Source: Eledone cirrhosa
Lineage: Eukaryota
NCBI GenBank assembly: GCA_964016885.1
Contig: CAXHJY010001499.1
Location: 62,001 to 126,000 of the forward strand
Length of the DNA: 64,000 nucleotides
Direction of reading: 5' to 3'
Shown: positions 1 through 14,483 of the stretch, piece after piece
How positions within the stretch are numbered: the first letter of the stretch is position 1
Layout: the number at the start of each line of letters is the position of its first letter
The notes under the pieces: generated by a model
Database searches by the model: none
What the model saw: the letters and a program-made list of their open reading frames with translations, nothing else
What the model was told of the DNA's origin: nothing
Program-made: the position numbers and the translations under genes

Positions 1-840
1 ATACTGGACCACAGAAATATAATCATGACCTAAAGTCCATAAATACCACACAATATATCCTAAGATGATGTAATTACAGAAACATTACCAGTATCCCTTT
101 GAAAATAAAATGCCTGTCAAAAGATCTCGTAAACAGAGAAGACGTAGGACAATTACACATGGTATGGATGACATCTGGTTAACTAAGAACACTTTTAAAA
201 CTGGGTATATACGGCACGCCCACTAATTTATAGAACTTTCGAAATACCCTCATTTATGTGAAAGAAAAAACAATCCTATCATAGGAAATAAAATTCTTTC
301 AGATGCAAAGACAAAACAGCTACGCAGCAGTTACTGCCATATGCTTGCAAGTTAAAAACTCAAGATCCTGGCCTTCCTCGGTGATACATTGTAGAAATTA
401 GACATAGACGAAACTTTATATCTTGTGTTCATGAGAAAATATAAAGTTTCCTTTTTCCTGTGCCCTTGGTCTTTGATATTCTATGGTCTTGACATTCAGC
501 CATTTGTAATAAAGAAAGATTAGGTCTTCTAAATGTTGTTCAACATTCTCTACCTAATATAAGTGTCTAGATGTGGATTACTTTATAAACTAAATAGTTG
601 TTGTCTCCCGTAAAATATTTTCCCCGATTTTTCACTGCATTGAAAAACACCCTTTTCAGTAACCCACATATCTTTATTAGGCCTTTCGTAAACTGGGCTG
701 AAAAATGGTTGCTCGAGTTATTTTTATTTTTTTTTCATATTAGGTTAATAATTTCCGTTTCGTATATCATAACTCATTTAAACCTTAAACTACATGAAGT
801 GACACGCGGCACTGGGCAAATCTAATATATATATATATAT

Positions 841-938
<98 letters not shown>

Positions 939-1245
939 GTGTGTGTGCTTATATTTGTTTTGTGTAGTTTTCCTGCACGTACCATATTATATTACGTGAT
1001 TTGTATGTCTACAATCCAAACTATTCATTATGAAGTTATTTTTCTGGATATTGCTCTATTGACAGAATAAAAACACAGTTTGATTGTGTGGGGTTTATAT
1101 TAATATTCAAATTGCACACACACACACATACACACGTGTGCGCGCGTATATATATGTGAGCATGCATGAACATATTAATTGTTACATATGTATTTATATT
1201 GACTGTAATTTTCAGAATTCTACCATATTGTAATATGTATTATAG

Positions 1246-1290
1246 TTATATATATATACATATATATATATATATACATATATGTATACG

Positions 1291-1343
<53 letters not shown>

Positions 1344-1443
1344 ACGTATATATATACATATATATATATATACATATATATGTATATATATACATATACA
1401 TATATATATATATACATATACATATATATATATATACATATAC

Positions 1444-1522
<79 letters not shown>

Positions 1523-1593
1523 TATATATATACATATATATATATACATATATATATATACATATATACATATATATATATACATATATATAC

Positions 1594-1624
<31 letters not shown>

Positions 1625-1681
1625 CATATATACATATATATATATACATATATATACATATATATATATACATATATATAT

Positions 1682-1734
<53 letters not shown>

Positions 1735-1765
1735 CATATATCTATATATACATATATATATATAC

Positions 1766-1797
<32 letters not shown>

Positions 1798-1804
1798 GTA
1801 TACG

Positions 1805-1862
<58 letters not shown>

Positions 1863-1881
1863 TACATATATTATATATATA

Positions 1882-1922
<41 letters not shown>

Positions 1923-1925
1923 TCA
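1246..1925. repeat. (TA)n microsatellite with TACA interruptions
   Basis: Directly visible; the YI/IY ORFs over it are artefacts. Confidence 0.98.
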
Positions 1926-2753
1926 TATGTTTTCGTCTTCCCTTTGTCTCCTCCTATCACTTCTTTCCATCACCGAACTTCTTCCTCGTTCGTTCCTTTG
2001 ATTTTTTTCCCCTTTCGCCTACCTCGAGGCAGCCCATCGGGCCACTTTAGCCTCAGTACCCCCACCCCAGTAACTTACAGATAGCATTCGCCGGTTACGC
2101 TATACTAACTAATGATAGCAGCTGTGTTAGACCCCAGAGATCTGGTATTCATTTTTAATACCCAATTCTAAATGTTTAATAATTCTCATCTAGCAACCCA
2201 TTGTAAAGCATCGGCCGAAAAAGCAGCACCAACTAAATATAGCAGCTGTGTTAGACTCCTTAGGTTGTGTTTTATTTCACTTCTCACTTTCCAATCTTAC
2301 ATTCTGACATATCTGTCTCTCATTTTTTATTATATTCTTTTTTATTATATTTTGTCTTTGTCCACTCCCCTATTGTTCTACGTGCTAGTTCAGCCATCCC
2401 CACCCCGCACCCACTGCCATGATAGAGTTTTCCGTGTCTGCTACAAATTTTGACCAATCCTCTTCACAACTACAATCTTCCCATATAAGGAAGTACCCCT
2501 TGAAAGTTCGGCTATTTATTTACAAGACTAAAGAAACTCTTACTTTAGTCCATAAATAGCCGTCGGAACGTTTTGAGCTCTGCCGTCGGGGTCGTACTTT
2601 CTCCTATTACCTACTCTACTACCCTAAGCATTGAGTAGTTCCTTACCACAATTCCTTCATCGTCTAGCTCCTACCCCAGTTGTAGAGCACTTTCCGACCC
2701 TACCACGCCATATCCTGTCTTTTTTATCCAGCTCAAATTTTATTACCCGCACC

Positions 2754-4889
2754 ATGCGAAAACACAATATCGACTTCTCTACCAAGAACATCCCAATTCC
2801 ACCGGGAAAACGTTACCTTCGGATGCTCACGAAAAAGAAAATCGGCTTTTTGCGAAAAGACTAAGATGGAGAACTTTTTCTATGATAGATACCGTGACAA
2901 CCAGGACTTCGACACCAAGGAGAGATTCGGATCCATTACCTACACATCTCCCCCACCGAACCCTATGCTCTCACCCATCGAGAACGACCTTTTCCAACTG
3001 GTCAAGGGTATTAAATTCAAACCCAGACACAACCGGTTGCTACAACAACTCCGTAGCAAAATAACGGAGTATGAAAGAACCAACGACATCCTAGTGCACT
3101 CGGACAGAACTGGAAGCCTCTATTTCGTCAACCCGGACAGATACCACACACTGACAAGGAGCAGCCTAAACTCCACCTATAAAAAGGCTAACCACTCAAT
3201 TATCGAGGACATAAATTTAGAGGGACAACAAATTACCTCTAGCCTCGGGGTCGCAGACCACACTGAACCCTTGACCCACGGACTCGCTACTTCACACTGA
3301 CTTCGACCCCAAACCATCCATCAGGCTTATAAACCCGACGAAGTCGGACATATGGAGGATCAGTAAAAACATCCTAGACCGCGTTATACCAAAAGTTAAG
3401 CAAAACGCGAGACTTAGACTATGGGTTAGCACCCAGGAAATAATCTCATGGTTCAGGAATATTGAGGACAAACGGGACACAAAATTCATCCACTTTGACA
3501 TAGAGAATTACTATGCAACTACTACCTTACCGTTTCTTACGGCCGCCTTGGACTTTGCCGAAACTCTCGCGCCCATCAACGACCAGGAAAGAAATATGAT
3601 TCTCCACACCAGGAAGACAGTCCTACTTTTCAACAACTCCAAGTGGATAAAGAGAGCTCCCGACTCCCCCTTCGACGTCAGCATGGGCGCGACCGATTTG
3701 GCCGAGGTCACCGATCTTATAGGATTATTCCTACTATTTAAAATCACCGAAATGTTTCCCTCATTCGGCGGTTGATTGTCCCGAGACGATCGGCTCCTTA
3801 CCCTCAAAGGGTACAACCCCAGTAGTACAGACCGGGTCCGTAAACAACTTAGCAACTTTTTCCGGGACTGGGGATTTAAAATCACCCTACAAACGTCCCT
3901 AACCCGAATAAATTTCCTGGACGTTACACTCAACCTCGAAAGTGATCTGTGCTACACATACAGGGAATCAAATGACAACCTGCACTACATCCACCGCCGC
4001 TCTAACCATCTTAGAAACATCACCAATAATCTGGTAAAAAACATCTCCCTCCGCATATCTCTTTGTCAGCAAATAAACAGATATTCGACGAACATGCGCC
4101 TCAGTACAACCAGGCCCTCAAGCGGAGTAGCATCCGGGAGGAAATATCCTTTTATCCAGCTTCCCTAAGTGGAACCAACAGGCGACACCGCCGCTCACGC
4201 CACGTAACGTGGTTTAATCTTCCCCACAATGCCGAGGTGGAAACACCTATCGGGAAAATCTTCTTTAGGCTCCTCGAAAAACACTTTCCACAACAACACC
4301 GCTACCACAACATAATCAACAAAAACACTATCAAGCTATCCTACAGCACCACACCTAACTTCGCACAAAACATCATCTCCTCAAACAACAAAAAACTAAA
4401 CCCTTATAGAAGAAACAACTTAGAAATTAGTGGATAGCCGACCAGGAGGTGTAACTGCCCTGATAGATCTACGTGCCCCCTCAATAACAGATGCCGAGAA
4501 CGTAACGTGATCTACCAGTGCAACGTGAGGACGGACACCTCCAACAAAATTATATAGGATTAACCGCTTGTGACTTTAAGACACCGCTCTACCAACACCG
4601 ACATACGTTCCGAAATCCGGTCCGGCGACATGCCACCACACTTTCGGGTCACATCTGGGACCTCCAAGATAATAATATAACTTGCCATCTTACTTGGAGC
4701 TTACTGTCCAGAGCTAACTCTTACACGGGAGGACGCCATCCATGTAACTTATGCTCGGAGGAAACATTACAAATGCTGTTTACGAAGGATCAACTCCTAA
4801 ACAAAAAAGATGAACTGGTAATTGCATGCAAAAAAAGATTGCGGAAGACTTACCTCGCCCTCAAACCCCCTAACGATCCGGGTGGGTAG
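2754..4889 (+). pseudogene. PLE reverse transcriptase + GIY-YIG endonuclease, multiple frameshifts and stops
   Basis: Motifs FSTKNIPIP, HSDRTGSLY (DKT-like), FIHFDIENYY, FDVSMGATDLAE, G*LSRDD, INFLDVTL, WFNLPH, CNCPDRSTCPL, NYIGLT, CNLC. Confidence 0.93.
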
Positions 4890-5699
4890 ACAAGGGCTGA
4901 AACACCCCACTTGCCGAATAAGATAGGGAAAACCCCAACTTATATCGGTAGATGTACCCTTTTTCTTTTCCTCTATGTTTTCTTTTTCCCTTTGTCTCCT
5001 CCTATCACTTCTTTCCACCACCGAACTTCTTTCCCGTTCATTCCTTTGTTTTTTTACCCTTTCGCCTATCCCGAGGCAGCCCATCGAGCCACTTTAGCCT
5101 CAGTACCCCCACCCCAGTAACTTACAGATAGCATTCGCCGATTTCACTATACTAACTAATCATAGCAGCTGTGTTAGACACCAGAGATGTGGTATTAATT
5201 TTTAATACCCAATTCTAAATTTTCAATAATTCTCATCTAGCAACCCATTCTATAGCATTTGCCGAAAAAGCAGCACCAACTAAATATAGCAGCTGTATTA
5301 GACTCCTTAGTTTTTGTTTTATTTCACTTCTCACTTTCCAATCTTACATTCTGATATATCTGTGTCTCATTTTTTTAAAAAAATATATTTGTTTTATTAT
5401 ATTTTTTCTTTGTCCCTTAATTCTCATTTGATTTACCTTTTGTATAACGTCCCTCCTCTATTTTCTAAAGAAACCTTTTTTCGTCTACCTCCCCTGGCCT
5501 ACTTTCATTTACATTCCTTATAATTTGCCGTGTAGATTTCACTTTTAACGCTTGACCGGCTCTACCCACTGCTTTATTGTTCTCCAGGCTAGTTCAGCCA
5601 CCCCCACCCCACACCCACTACCATGATAGAATGTTCGGTGTCTGCAACAAATTTTGACTAATCCTCTTGACAACATACAATCTTCCCATATAAGGAAGT

Positions 5700-5798
5700 A
5701 CCCCTTGAAAAGTTCGGCTATTTATTTACCAGACTAAAAAAACTATTACATTAGTCCAGAAATAGCCGTCGAAACAGCTTGAGCTCTGCCGTCGGGGT
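5700..5798 (+). ncRNA. Type I hammerhead ribozyme, U3-A8 core variant, in the 3' pLTR (damaged twin at 2495-2592)
   Basis: ACCCC-TTGAAAA-long stem II (CGGCTATTT/AAATAGCCG)-GAAA-stem III-GTC-GGGGT; stem III has mismatches in this copy. Confidence 0.7.
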
Positions 5799-6059
5799 CA
5801 TACTTTCTCCTATATATATATACACATGTGTGTGTGTGTTTGTATGTGTCTGTAGACTATGTAATAAATAAATAAACATGGTACTTATTTTTCTTTTCAT
5901 TTCTTTTTTATGTTCCATTTTTGTCTTCATTAATATATTTATTAGAATTGTTTGACTATTTAACACGAACAGCTTTGATGTTGCTTTGCTTCGTTTATTT
6001 TAGGAAATACCGGGCTACAACTAGTTACTTATGGTAATTTCAAATGTTTCATAGTCTTT

Positions 6060-7240
6060 GTTATTTCACTATTGCTGACAGTCCACAACATTTCTAAATA
6101 TTCGGGCTGTTCCCTGTAGACATGACCCCTGGAGTGGTTCAATCGCATGTGCAAAGTATATCATCGACAGGTAGTTGTTAGTGTTCTTTGTCACCATAAC
6201 AATAGCACCAATCAACACTGGGAAAATTGTGGCTTTCTTGGCATCATTTATCCAGCATTTCAAGATGTCATATTTGAAGTTAGTGTTCAATTCTGGTGCC
6301 AAAACGACACGCTACGTGAGTGTACAGTTTCTTTCCGTCTTCTCAATTACACCAATATCTGGTCTGTTGTATTCGATCTTCCTCTCTGTCTGGATTGAGA
6401 CGTCCCATAAGAGCTGTATCTTATCGTTCTCTATCACTCTCATCTCAATTGTGACATTAGGCTCATAGCGTTTTCTGCACATGAAAATCCATACATTTTA
6501 CGCAATTTCAGTGCAATATGTTAGCCACATTATTATGTCTGCCTATTTTATAATCATTCTGGACTAGTGTTTACACTCTGGAACAATATGGCCAACCGCC
6601 TGTGCTTTCTCCCCCTAAATTCTGCATTCAGCTTAAACATCGATTTGTGTCTATATTTTTGATTACCCACCTTGTTCCCATAGCATGATCTTGTGCTGCA
6701 AGTATACGTCCTTTCGTTTCTTTATAAATGTAGCCTTCCCTTAACCAGAACCAAGTATTTTTGCTATCCCACACGTTTCTTGTTTCTTTAAGGAATGCTA
6801 AATGCAAGGGGTTTTCATCACAAGCTTTTATACGCTCTTCATCAATCACAGCCTTTTTAAGTTTTCTGGCTCTCCATTTTTAAAAATATGCCTTCCATGA
6901 CAACCTCCAATAAAAAAACTGTTCTTTCTTATGTTTTATGTAGAAGCCTATACTTTCTTCTCTTTTAACATCATCCTGTACACTCAGCAATCCCCTAGCT
7001 CCCTTCTTTGTTTTTCAATAGAGCCTGTCTGTAACACATTGTGGGTGCATACTTCAATAGATAGTGAGCAATTTCCTTGTTATCTGTTAAATTTCCTTCA
7101 ACTCTAGCTTTGTCCATTCTACTATACCAGTCCCATACCTAATTAATGAAACTGCCCTGACATTTATTGCCAGCATAGTATTTCCACCATTCGAACTGGA
7201 CTTGAGTACATCCTCAATCTTCGAAATTACTCTTTTCTAA
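6060..7240 (-). mobile_element. Decayed R4/Dong-type non-LTR retrotransposon, 3' part (RT thumb + restriction-like endonuclease)
   Basis: Fragments ETKGRILAAQDHAM, ENDKIQLLWDVSIQTERKIEYNRPDI, FPVLIGA, GTARIFRNV. Confidence 0.8.
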
Positions 7241-7269
7241 CAATTTTTTCCTTTTTTTTTTTTTTTCCT

Positions 7270-7685
7270 TTTATATCCCACCACCATTTTATGCCAGAGA
7301 GGACCGGCAGGCTTCCATTGTATGATGATTGTAATGAAAGGGATTGCGTGCTGAATGCGGCTATATTGACTGAACACAGACACTTACTCCTCGGTCAGAC
7401 TCACATCAACTTTTTCAAGTTGCACATCGAAAGTAAGGTGTAGAAATTTCAGAGAGGGGAGGGTGTATCTGTTTACTTTGAACCTGGAGATTAGGAAGGT
7501 TACGTATCTGATTGATATTATCCCTATTGGGGATTACTGTTTTTATTTATTTATTGTTAATTTTTTCCCGATTTCCTTTTTTACAGTTTATATGCAAATC
7601 CTCATTGTTCGTATTTTTTGTATTGTCCTTTACATTTCGGCCTTGCGGTCAATAAAGGAATAATTATTGTCATTGTCATTTAATT
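7270..7685 (+). mobile_element. Possible 3' end of a LINE
   Basis: T-rich UTR-like tract ending in AATAAA plus a short tandem tail (ttgtca)2; no coding motif recognised. Confidence 0.3.
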
Positions 7686-7874
7686 TTAACCTTAGATGTG
7701 ACACCCGGAAATTACTCCGGAGAAATGCAATTCTTTGTTTTAAATATCAAAGCGCAAATCTGCTAAATGAAAGAAATCTTAGAATTAAGGTCAATTGAAA
7801 TATTTCATTTATTGCGCTTCAACTATACGAAATCCTCATAGTTTTATTAAAATAAATAAAATAATATGAATAGC

Positions 7875-8530
7875 CTAATTGACAAATTTGTTAGAGCATA
7901 ATGAAAGAATTTCTGGCGTTATTTGTTCAGTCGAGCTCAACTTTGCTATTTATCATTTCTGAGGCTGATAGAATAAATTACCAGGTCAGGATGAGGGATT
8001 GAAGGAATTGTTAGAAGACCGAACAAAATGCCTCACAGCATATTTTCCGGCACTTTGCGTTCTATGTTCACATTCATGTGAGGTAAACTTTCTCTTTCAT
8101 CTTTCGGAGGAAAAATATATTGTACCAGTACAAGGCAGTGGATTAGCAGTATTGCTAGTGTATCAGGAATTTGTTCCAGCTCTTCGTGTTCTGAGTTTAA
8201 TTCCCGGTTCAACACATATTCGCTATATTTACTAATGTCTATCTTTTTGCAAGTATTCGGATTAGGGCACCATTTTTAGGATACCTTCCTCATCCCCTCA
8301 CGACTGTTCTGGGGGCCTTGAAAAGAGTTATGGGGGTATTTTTCCTCGTTCACTAAAGGAGAAAAAAAACAGACTGAAAAGAGACAATCGTGAATAAATG
8401 AATAATAAGTGTTTCTACTTTAAACACAAGGCCAGCAATTTCTTAGGGAAAGGGAAATTTGATTACATCAACCCCAGTATGTTACACTTACTTTACTATT
8501 TTGATCACGAAAGGATGAAAGGCAAAGTTC
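7875..8530. mobile_element. Cluster of old tRNA-derived SINE fragments on both strands
   Basis: Degenerate matches to the 17.7-19.2 kb SINE (aactttgc..ttcatc; reverse copy gaaaggatgaaaggcaaagtt). Confidence 0.55.
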
Positions 8531-8536
8531 ATATCT

Positions 8537-8592
8537 GAGAAGAAGAAGAAGAAGAAGAAGAAGAAGAAGAAGAAGAAGAAGAAGAAGAAGAA
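8537..8592. repeat. (GAA)n microsatellite
   Basis: Directly visible. Confidence 0.97.
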
Positions 8593-9349
8593 TGATAATA
8601 AAAAATGGTAAAGGAATATATAATGAAGATTGAAGAAGAAAAAACTATGGTGGATAGAAAGAAGAAAAAAAAGATGATACGGAAAAATGATGATGAACAG
8701 TAATGTGCGAGAAGAAAAAAAAAAAAAGAATGCTGAAAAAGAAACAAAAACATTATGAAAAATGATGAAGAAAAAGAAATGGTGCAGAAGAAGCAGAAAC
8801 AGACGAAATGAGTGAAATAGTTTTTGATTCTAATTACTTATTTATCTAGTGTTCCGTACCTATGTTATTTTCGTGACACACAAAGAAAACATTATTATAT
8901 TATACAAACATATCCATGCGTCAAAAATGTTGGCTATTTTAATCACATTTTTTGTCGAATTTCCTCAGATTTTCCTTTGGGCTTGGACTATCTAATCTGC
9001 ACTTATTTCTTTTTCATATAATATTTCACACCAGGAATATAAAGATTCTATGTAAATAAGATTGAACCAAAAAAAAATTACTTTATATATTTTTCAATAT
9101 ATTTTATTTCATTTCAGTTATAATTAAATTATATAATTTCAGTTCATTGTTTATTGAATTGAAACTAAATAATTTAAATGTTAAGGAAATAGAACACTGA
9201 AAAAGCGTAGAAAATATACAAAATACGTTTTTGCTGTTCAAAAATAAATTTGATAATAAAATCATTTCCCTAATATTTCGTTATAAGTAAGAGACATTCA
9301 TCGATATATATGTGTATGTGTGTGTGTATGTGAATGTGTTTGTGCGTGC

Positions 9350-9502
<153 letters not shown>

Positions 9503-9575
9503 AAATGTGATCTTGATTAAATAGCAATGTTGTACAGCATGCCATCTCTCGCTAAATATCATATCAATGTCCGTT

Positions 9576-9651
9576 GCGCTTTCTTAGCATAGTGGTACTG
9601 TGCTAGTCCGGAATACAGCAGGAGCCTAGTTCAATTCCCGCAAACAGCACC
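9576..9651 (+). pseudogene. tRNA-like sequence (tRNA pseudogene or SINE head)
   Basis: A-box TAGCATAGTGG and B-box GTTCAATTCC at tRNA spacing; stems imperfect. Confidence 0.45.
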
Positions 9652-10259
9652 GTCAGTTCCATCTATCCTATTTAGCTTGTATGTAAATGTATCTTTTAAG
9701 TTGTTTCATAATATCTTAATCGTTATATAATATATATATAAAGTCATAAGGGGCACATATATATATATCTAAGCATAAGCATAGATACATATATGAGTGT
9801 AGCCTACCTTCAAGGGTGTGGCTCAATGAATGAATGGATTGAATAAATAATCATTAATCAGAGAAAGTTAATTTCTCTGGACTAAGAAGAAAAATTAGGT
9901 AAATTTTATCTGCCTATTCTTCAAACTTATAATCTATATATATAATTCCCGTTCTGTGTGTGTGTGTAAAAGAGTTTCACTTGGAAAATATTCCATCCAT
10001 CTCTGTCAAATTAAACATAAAGCCAAAATAGGCTACGGTTTGTAACATCAAGAAAAAATTATTTCATAATGATTAATTTCGAAGTCACAAACTTCGATTT
10101 TATAATCTTATAGACTTTTGCACTAACAAATTCCATGACGGCCATTAAAGAGAGAGAGAGCGTTCCTTTTACACACTTCTTAACTCTCCTCCTTGCACAA
10201 CACGACGTTATGGGATTGTATGTGTATGTGCGTGTATATGTGTGTGTATGTGTGTGTGT

Positions 10260-10320
<61 letters not shown>

Positions 10321-10337
10321 TTCCATAACGGCCAGAG

Positions 10338-10430
10338 CCCTTAACGGGATCTTCAGAAGATCCCGTTGAGGTTGAAAGCAGCGGTTCTTTGCTTAAACTA
10401 TAACCTGTTACTTAAATAAATAAATAAATA
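10338..10430 (+). mobile_element. Very short PLE-derived insertion with an HHR 3' half and a 17-bp fold-back
   Basis: Same family as 27155-27475 and 34900-35330; CCCTTAACGGGATCTTC-A-GAAGATCCCGTTGAGG. Confidence 0.7.
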
Positions 10431-10993
10431 AATATATATATATATATATATATAGTTATGTAACAACATAAGATAATTATTTCATATAGTTATGTAACAA
10501 TATAAGATAATTATTTCATTTACCAGTGGTTTCTTGAAAGCAGATATGAATAAAACATGGTGTTTTTATTAAATATGGATTTGAAAACAAAATATAAGAA
10601 ATATGAAAGTGAGGGTGAGGAAACAACGGGTGAAGAAGAAGAGAAAAAAAGAAAAAGAAAAATACATATGAAAACAATAAATATATAAACATACACACAC
10701 TCAACCACGCGCATATACTTAAATAGTACGTAGACGTATACTTTGTCACATAAGCGTATATGTATCTACTGGCATGGACAAAATACATACACATACATAT
10801 ACATGAAGCAATAAAAATCAATAAATAAATGAATAAGAACAAAAAATACAAACCCAAAAATAAAAGATAGGTGTTGACAACGATAAGTGAGAGGAGGTGT
10901 GGGGGCGGGGGATAAAAACAATTAAAAATAAACAAAACACGAGGTGTGCATATAAATAAATATATATGTATATAAAATATATATACATATATA

Positions 10994-11200
10994 TGGTGGC
11001 TGCCAACTCGTTTTCGAGTACGGCCACTACTTTATATCCATGTAGGAGAACCCCTACCGATGCGCTGAACGAGTGTGACTCTCTAGTCCAGCCAGCGACT
11101 TGAAAACTCTGATACAAACACTACACTTGTGACAATTATTGACACATAGTGCTGGGCCCATGGTACCATGTGACTACAAGTGCAGAGAGATCTCCAGATA
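10994..11200 (-). mobile_element. 3' fragment of the non-autonomous RTE derivative
   Basis: Reverse complement of 22755-22964. Confidence 0.85.
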
Positions 11201-11450
11201 TAAATGTATGTATACATACATACACACGCACACACACAGAAAAACATGCACAAATACTCATATACACGTATAAAAACACATACACAAATGTATGTGTATA
11301 TACACATATATATATATATCTATTGTAGGGTTTATGTGTTAGTATATTTGGTTGTATGCATGATTTTATATACGTGTGTATGCGTATGTATGTGTATGTG
11401 GATATGTACGTATGTTTATTTTATATTTTATATTTTTTTATATTTTTGTG

Positions 11451-11588
<138 letters not shown>

Positions 11589-12049
11589 CAGATACATTTG
11601 TGTATGTGTTTTTATACGTGTGTATGAGTATTTGTGCATGTTGTGCGTGTGTATTATTTTTTATTGTTTTTATTCCTCACCCCCTCCACTCACCTATCGT
11701 TGTCAACACGTATCTTTTATTTTTGACTTTGTATTTTTTGTTCTTATTCATTTATTTATTTATTCTTATAACTTTATGTATGTGTATGTATGTTGTCCAT
11801 GCCAGTAGATACATATACGTTTATGTGACAAAGTATACGTCTACGTACTTTTCAAGTATATGCGCGTGGTTGAGTGTGTGTATGATTATATATTTATTGT
11901 TTTTATATATACATATATATTTTTCTTTTTTCTTTTTTCTCTTCTTCTTCTTCGCCCGTTGTTTCCTCAGCCTCACTTTCATATTTCTTATATTTTGTTT
12001 TCAAATCTATATTTAATAAAAAAAAAAATCAAAACAGAACCATGTTTTA

Positions 12050-12107
12050 TTCATTCTGACGACTGAAAACAGATATATCTGCTTTCAAGAAACCACTGGT
12101 AAATGAA
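12050..12107 (+). ncRNA. Type I hammerhead ribozyme
   Basis: TTCATT-CTGACGA-stem II (TGAAAACAGAT/ATCTGCTTTCA)-GAAA-CCACTGG-TA-AATGAA. Confidence 0.8.
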
Positions 12108-12227
12108 ATAATTATCTTATGTTGTTTATTACATTAATAATAAGCTCTGTAGCCTACATAGAGCACTCTTTTTTCCTGTACCTTTCCGACGGAATTACTT
12201 CATTTATATATATATATATATATATAT

Positions 12228-13109
12228 AATAACAGGAGGCTGGACTGGTGTAAATCCTTGAAAGGTTTATTATACTATGATCATTTCAATGACCGGGTTC
12301 CATATGAATCCGGTGATATCATCAGGTATTGGAATATAACAAAGGAATATGTAAAAAACATGCGTCCGAAAAATCAGAGACAGAGACAAACAGGACGATG
12401 ATCAACTAGCTGTTTTCACCTCGGCCGGTCGCCCCCAAAGTGATGGCAACTCAATCTACTAATGACCATCTGGTGAGAGGGCGAAGGCTTATAATGCACT
12501 ACCACCTCTCCGGCAAAGAAAAAGGGGAAGAAAGGAAGAGAGAAGAAAAGAGGAAGAAAGAAGTCAGCGTAAGGGTCACACTACAGTCATGCTAGAAAAC
12601 GCCGCGATAAATGCTACTCCAAATAATCTATATTTAACAAAGGCTGTCTTTAATTGGTGTCTGTGTGGTCTAATGTGTGAACCGAAAATTGGAACGTTAA
12701 ACTTGTGTTACGAGTTATAGGATGAAATTAAATTAAAAAATATTAAATGGCAAAATGATAAATTGAAAAATAAATTATTAGAAAATTAAAGGTTAAGGTA
12801 GCGAGATTTATATAATGAACTTACAGAGAGAGTCTTATATGAACAAGTTAATCTCGATAAGAGATCAGGATGGGATATAGAGTAAAGATTTCGATTGTGA
12901 ATCCCAGCCAGCACCTCCTAACCACTAGTCAGCCAGTTACGAGTGGTCTCGTCCAGCGAAAGAAATGGAAATTAATTTTTCCGAGTACTCTAGGAACGTA
13001 GCTACCTTAGGCCCCGGGAGTGCTAGCAGGAAGTCTACAATTTCGACTGGCCATCGTCTATACCAAACGTATATTATTAATTCACACATGAGGGTTGAAC
13101 CAACAAACC

Positions 13110-13110
<1 letters not shown>
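12228..13110 (-). mobile_element. Non-coding PLE-derived element between two (TA)n tracts
   Basis: Flanked by TA on both sides; carries an HHR near its 3' end. Confidence 0.6.
12272..12329 (-). ncRNA. Minimal type I hammerhead ribozyme
   Basis: Minus strand ATAC-CTGATGA-stem II (ATCACCGGATTC/GAACCCGGTCAT)-GAAA-TGATCA (palindrome)-TA-GTAT. Confidence 0.85.
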
Positions 13111-13176
<66 letters not shown>

Positions 13177-14039
13177 TTGCATGTGCGTATCATCATTAAG
13201 TAGTGAAACCTTTGTGGTGTTGGTATGATTACACATTTATTATAAAATCTAGCAAGATAAGAAAAGTATCTTTGTTAGATATTTGTATCTCACAGAGAAA
13301 TTGAAGGGGTTACTCAGGTATTCTATGTAAATTATCAACGATATTTACAAATTGATAGACTAAGTTTGTCCCAAAGTTTAACACAACTACCTAACCCTTG
13401 GAGGTCAATAGCTGAATTCAACATATTCCAAGAATTATTGCCAGTCTGCAGATTAAGCATATTGCCCATTTCTGCAGAAGAACATTGCCCTTTCATCACC
13501 GTTTAGACAGTGACAGAATCTATAACTGTATTCAGCTGAATAAGATGAGTCTGAGACCAAATATATATAAACGAAAAATAACTAAATAGAAGTTGATTCA
13601 GAATGATGACAAATTATTGGCTTGAATGTAACGAAGTTTGAGACGTGCTACGCCGTATACAATATTTACAAATATTTCTACGTATTTATAGCCAGATATT
13701 TTTTATTAGAATGCGGGTGTTTAACATTGCATTCATTCATTCATGTTTTCCTCATACTGTCTAATAGTAATCTATAATACATATTTCTGAAAGGTAATTT
13801 TAAATGCAGATGACTGAATGCCTGAAGCCTATTGACCAGAGCCGGCATTTTTCTCAGAATGCGTGTATGTGGGCGTGTGTGGTTGCATGCTGGTCGCCAT
13901 GCGTTGTCATTTGTAATGCTATTACTGTGAATCAATGTTACTGAGGCGTATTTACCTACGTTTTTAAAATGTTCTCATTGATTATATATGGTTGTTTACT
14001 AACATGCACCCACACACACACAAACACACAAACACACAA

Positions 14040-14073
<34 letters not shown>

Positions 14074-14134
14074 TAGAAAGTGAGGTTTTTTTTACAAATT
14101 GAAAAATAACCGAGGTGTCCTACACGAGTGAAAG

Positions 14135-14440
14135 TATAAAGAAAAAGAGAGGAAATCGAAAATGCAACTGGAGTCTTATTTTTTTTTTTAAATATATAAA
14201 ATTTATTTGGTTCCTTTACCGATTTCGCAGTTCTTCTGCTTTTTAAAAGGTGAGTTGAGATGGAGGGTCTGTGGTTTTTCTCACATCAGATGTGAGAAAA
14301 ACCACAGACCTCCATCTCAACTCACCTTTTGAAAAGCAGAAGAACTGCGAAACCGGTAAAGGAACCAAATAAATATATATATTTTTTTTAAAAAGTAAGA
14401 CTCCAGTTGCATTTTCGATTTCATCTCTTTTTCTTTATAT
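14135..14440. repeat. Fold-back palindrome (~150-bp arms, 1-nt loop at 14288) with an HHR in each arm
   Basis: Centre GGTTTTTCTCACATC-A-GATGTGAGAAAAACC. Confidence 0.9.
14325..14362 (+). ncRNA. Minimal hammerhead ribozyme, U3-A8 core variant
   Basis: CCTT-TTGAAAA-GCAG(AAGAA)CTGC-GAAA-CCGG-TA-AAGG; the left-arm copy has G5A. Confidence 0.75.
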
Positions 14441-14483
14441 ATAATATATATATACATATATATATATATACATATATATATAT

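Larger units (their letters stand above)
1927..5813 (+). mobile_element. Decayed Penelope-like retroelement (Naiad-like) with direct pseudo-LTRs, inserted in (TA)n
   Basis: Direct repeats ~1927-2607 and ~4975-5813 flank a disrupted RT+GIY-YIG ORF; both ends abut TA tracts. Confidence 0.92.

Noticed and set aside
3773-3775. In-frame TGA in Naiad-like PLEs (also CPLN*H near 36778) as possible selenocysteine
   Set aside because: Both align to Gly in the sister elements (GGA to TGA), not Cys; the conserved Cys codons are normal and I saw no convincing SECIS
795-6025. Helitron-like 3' ends at ~800-825 and ~6005-6025
   Set aside because: Hairpins are incomplete and no matching 5' end or internal homology is visible
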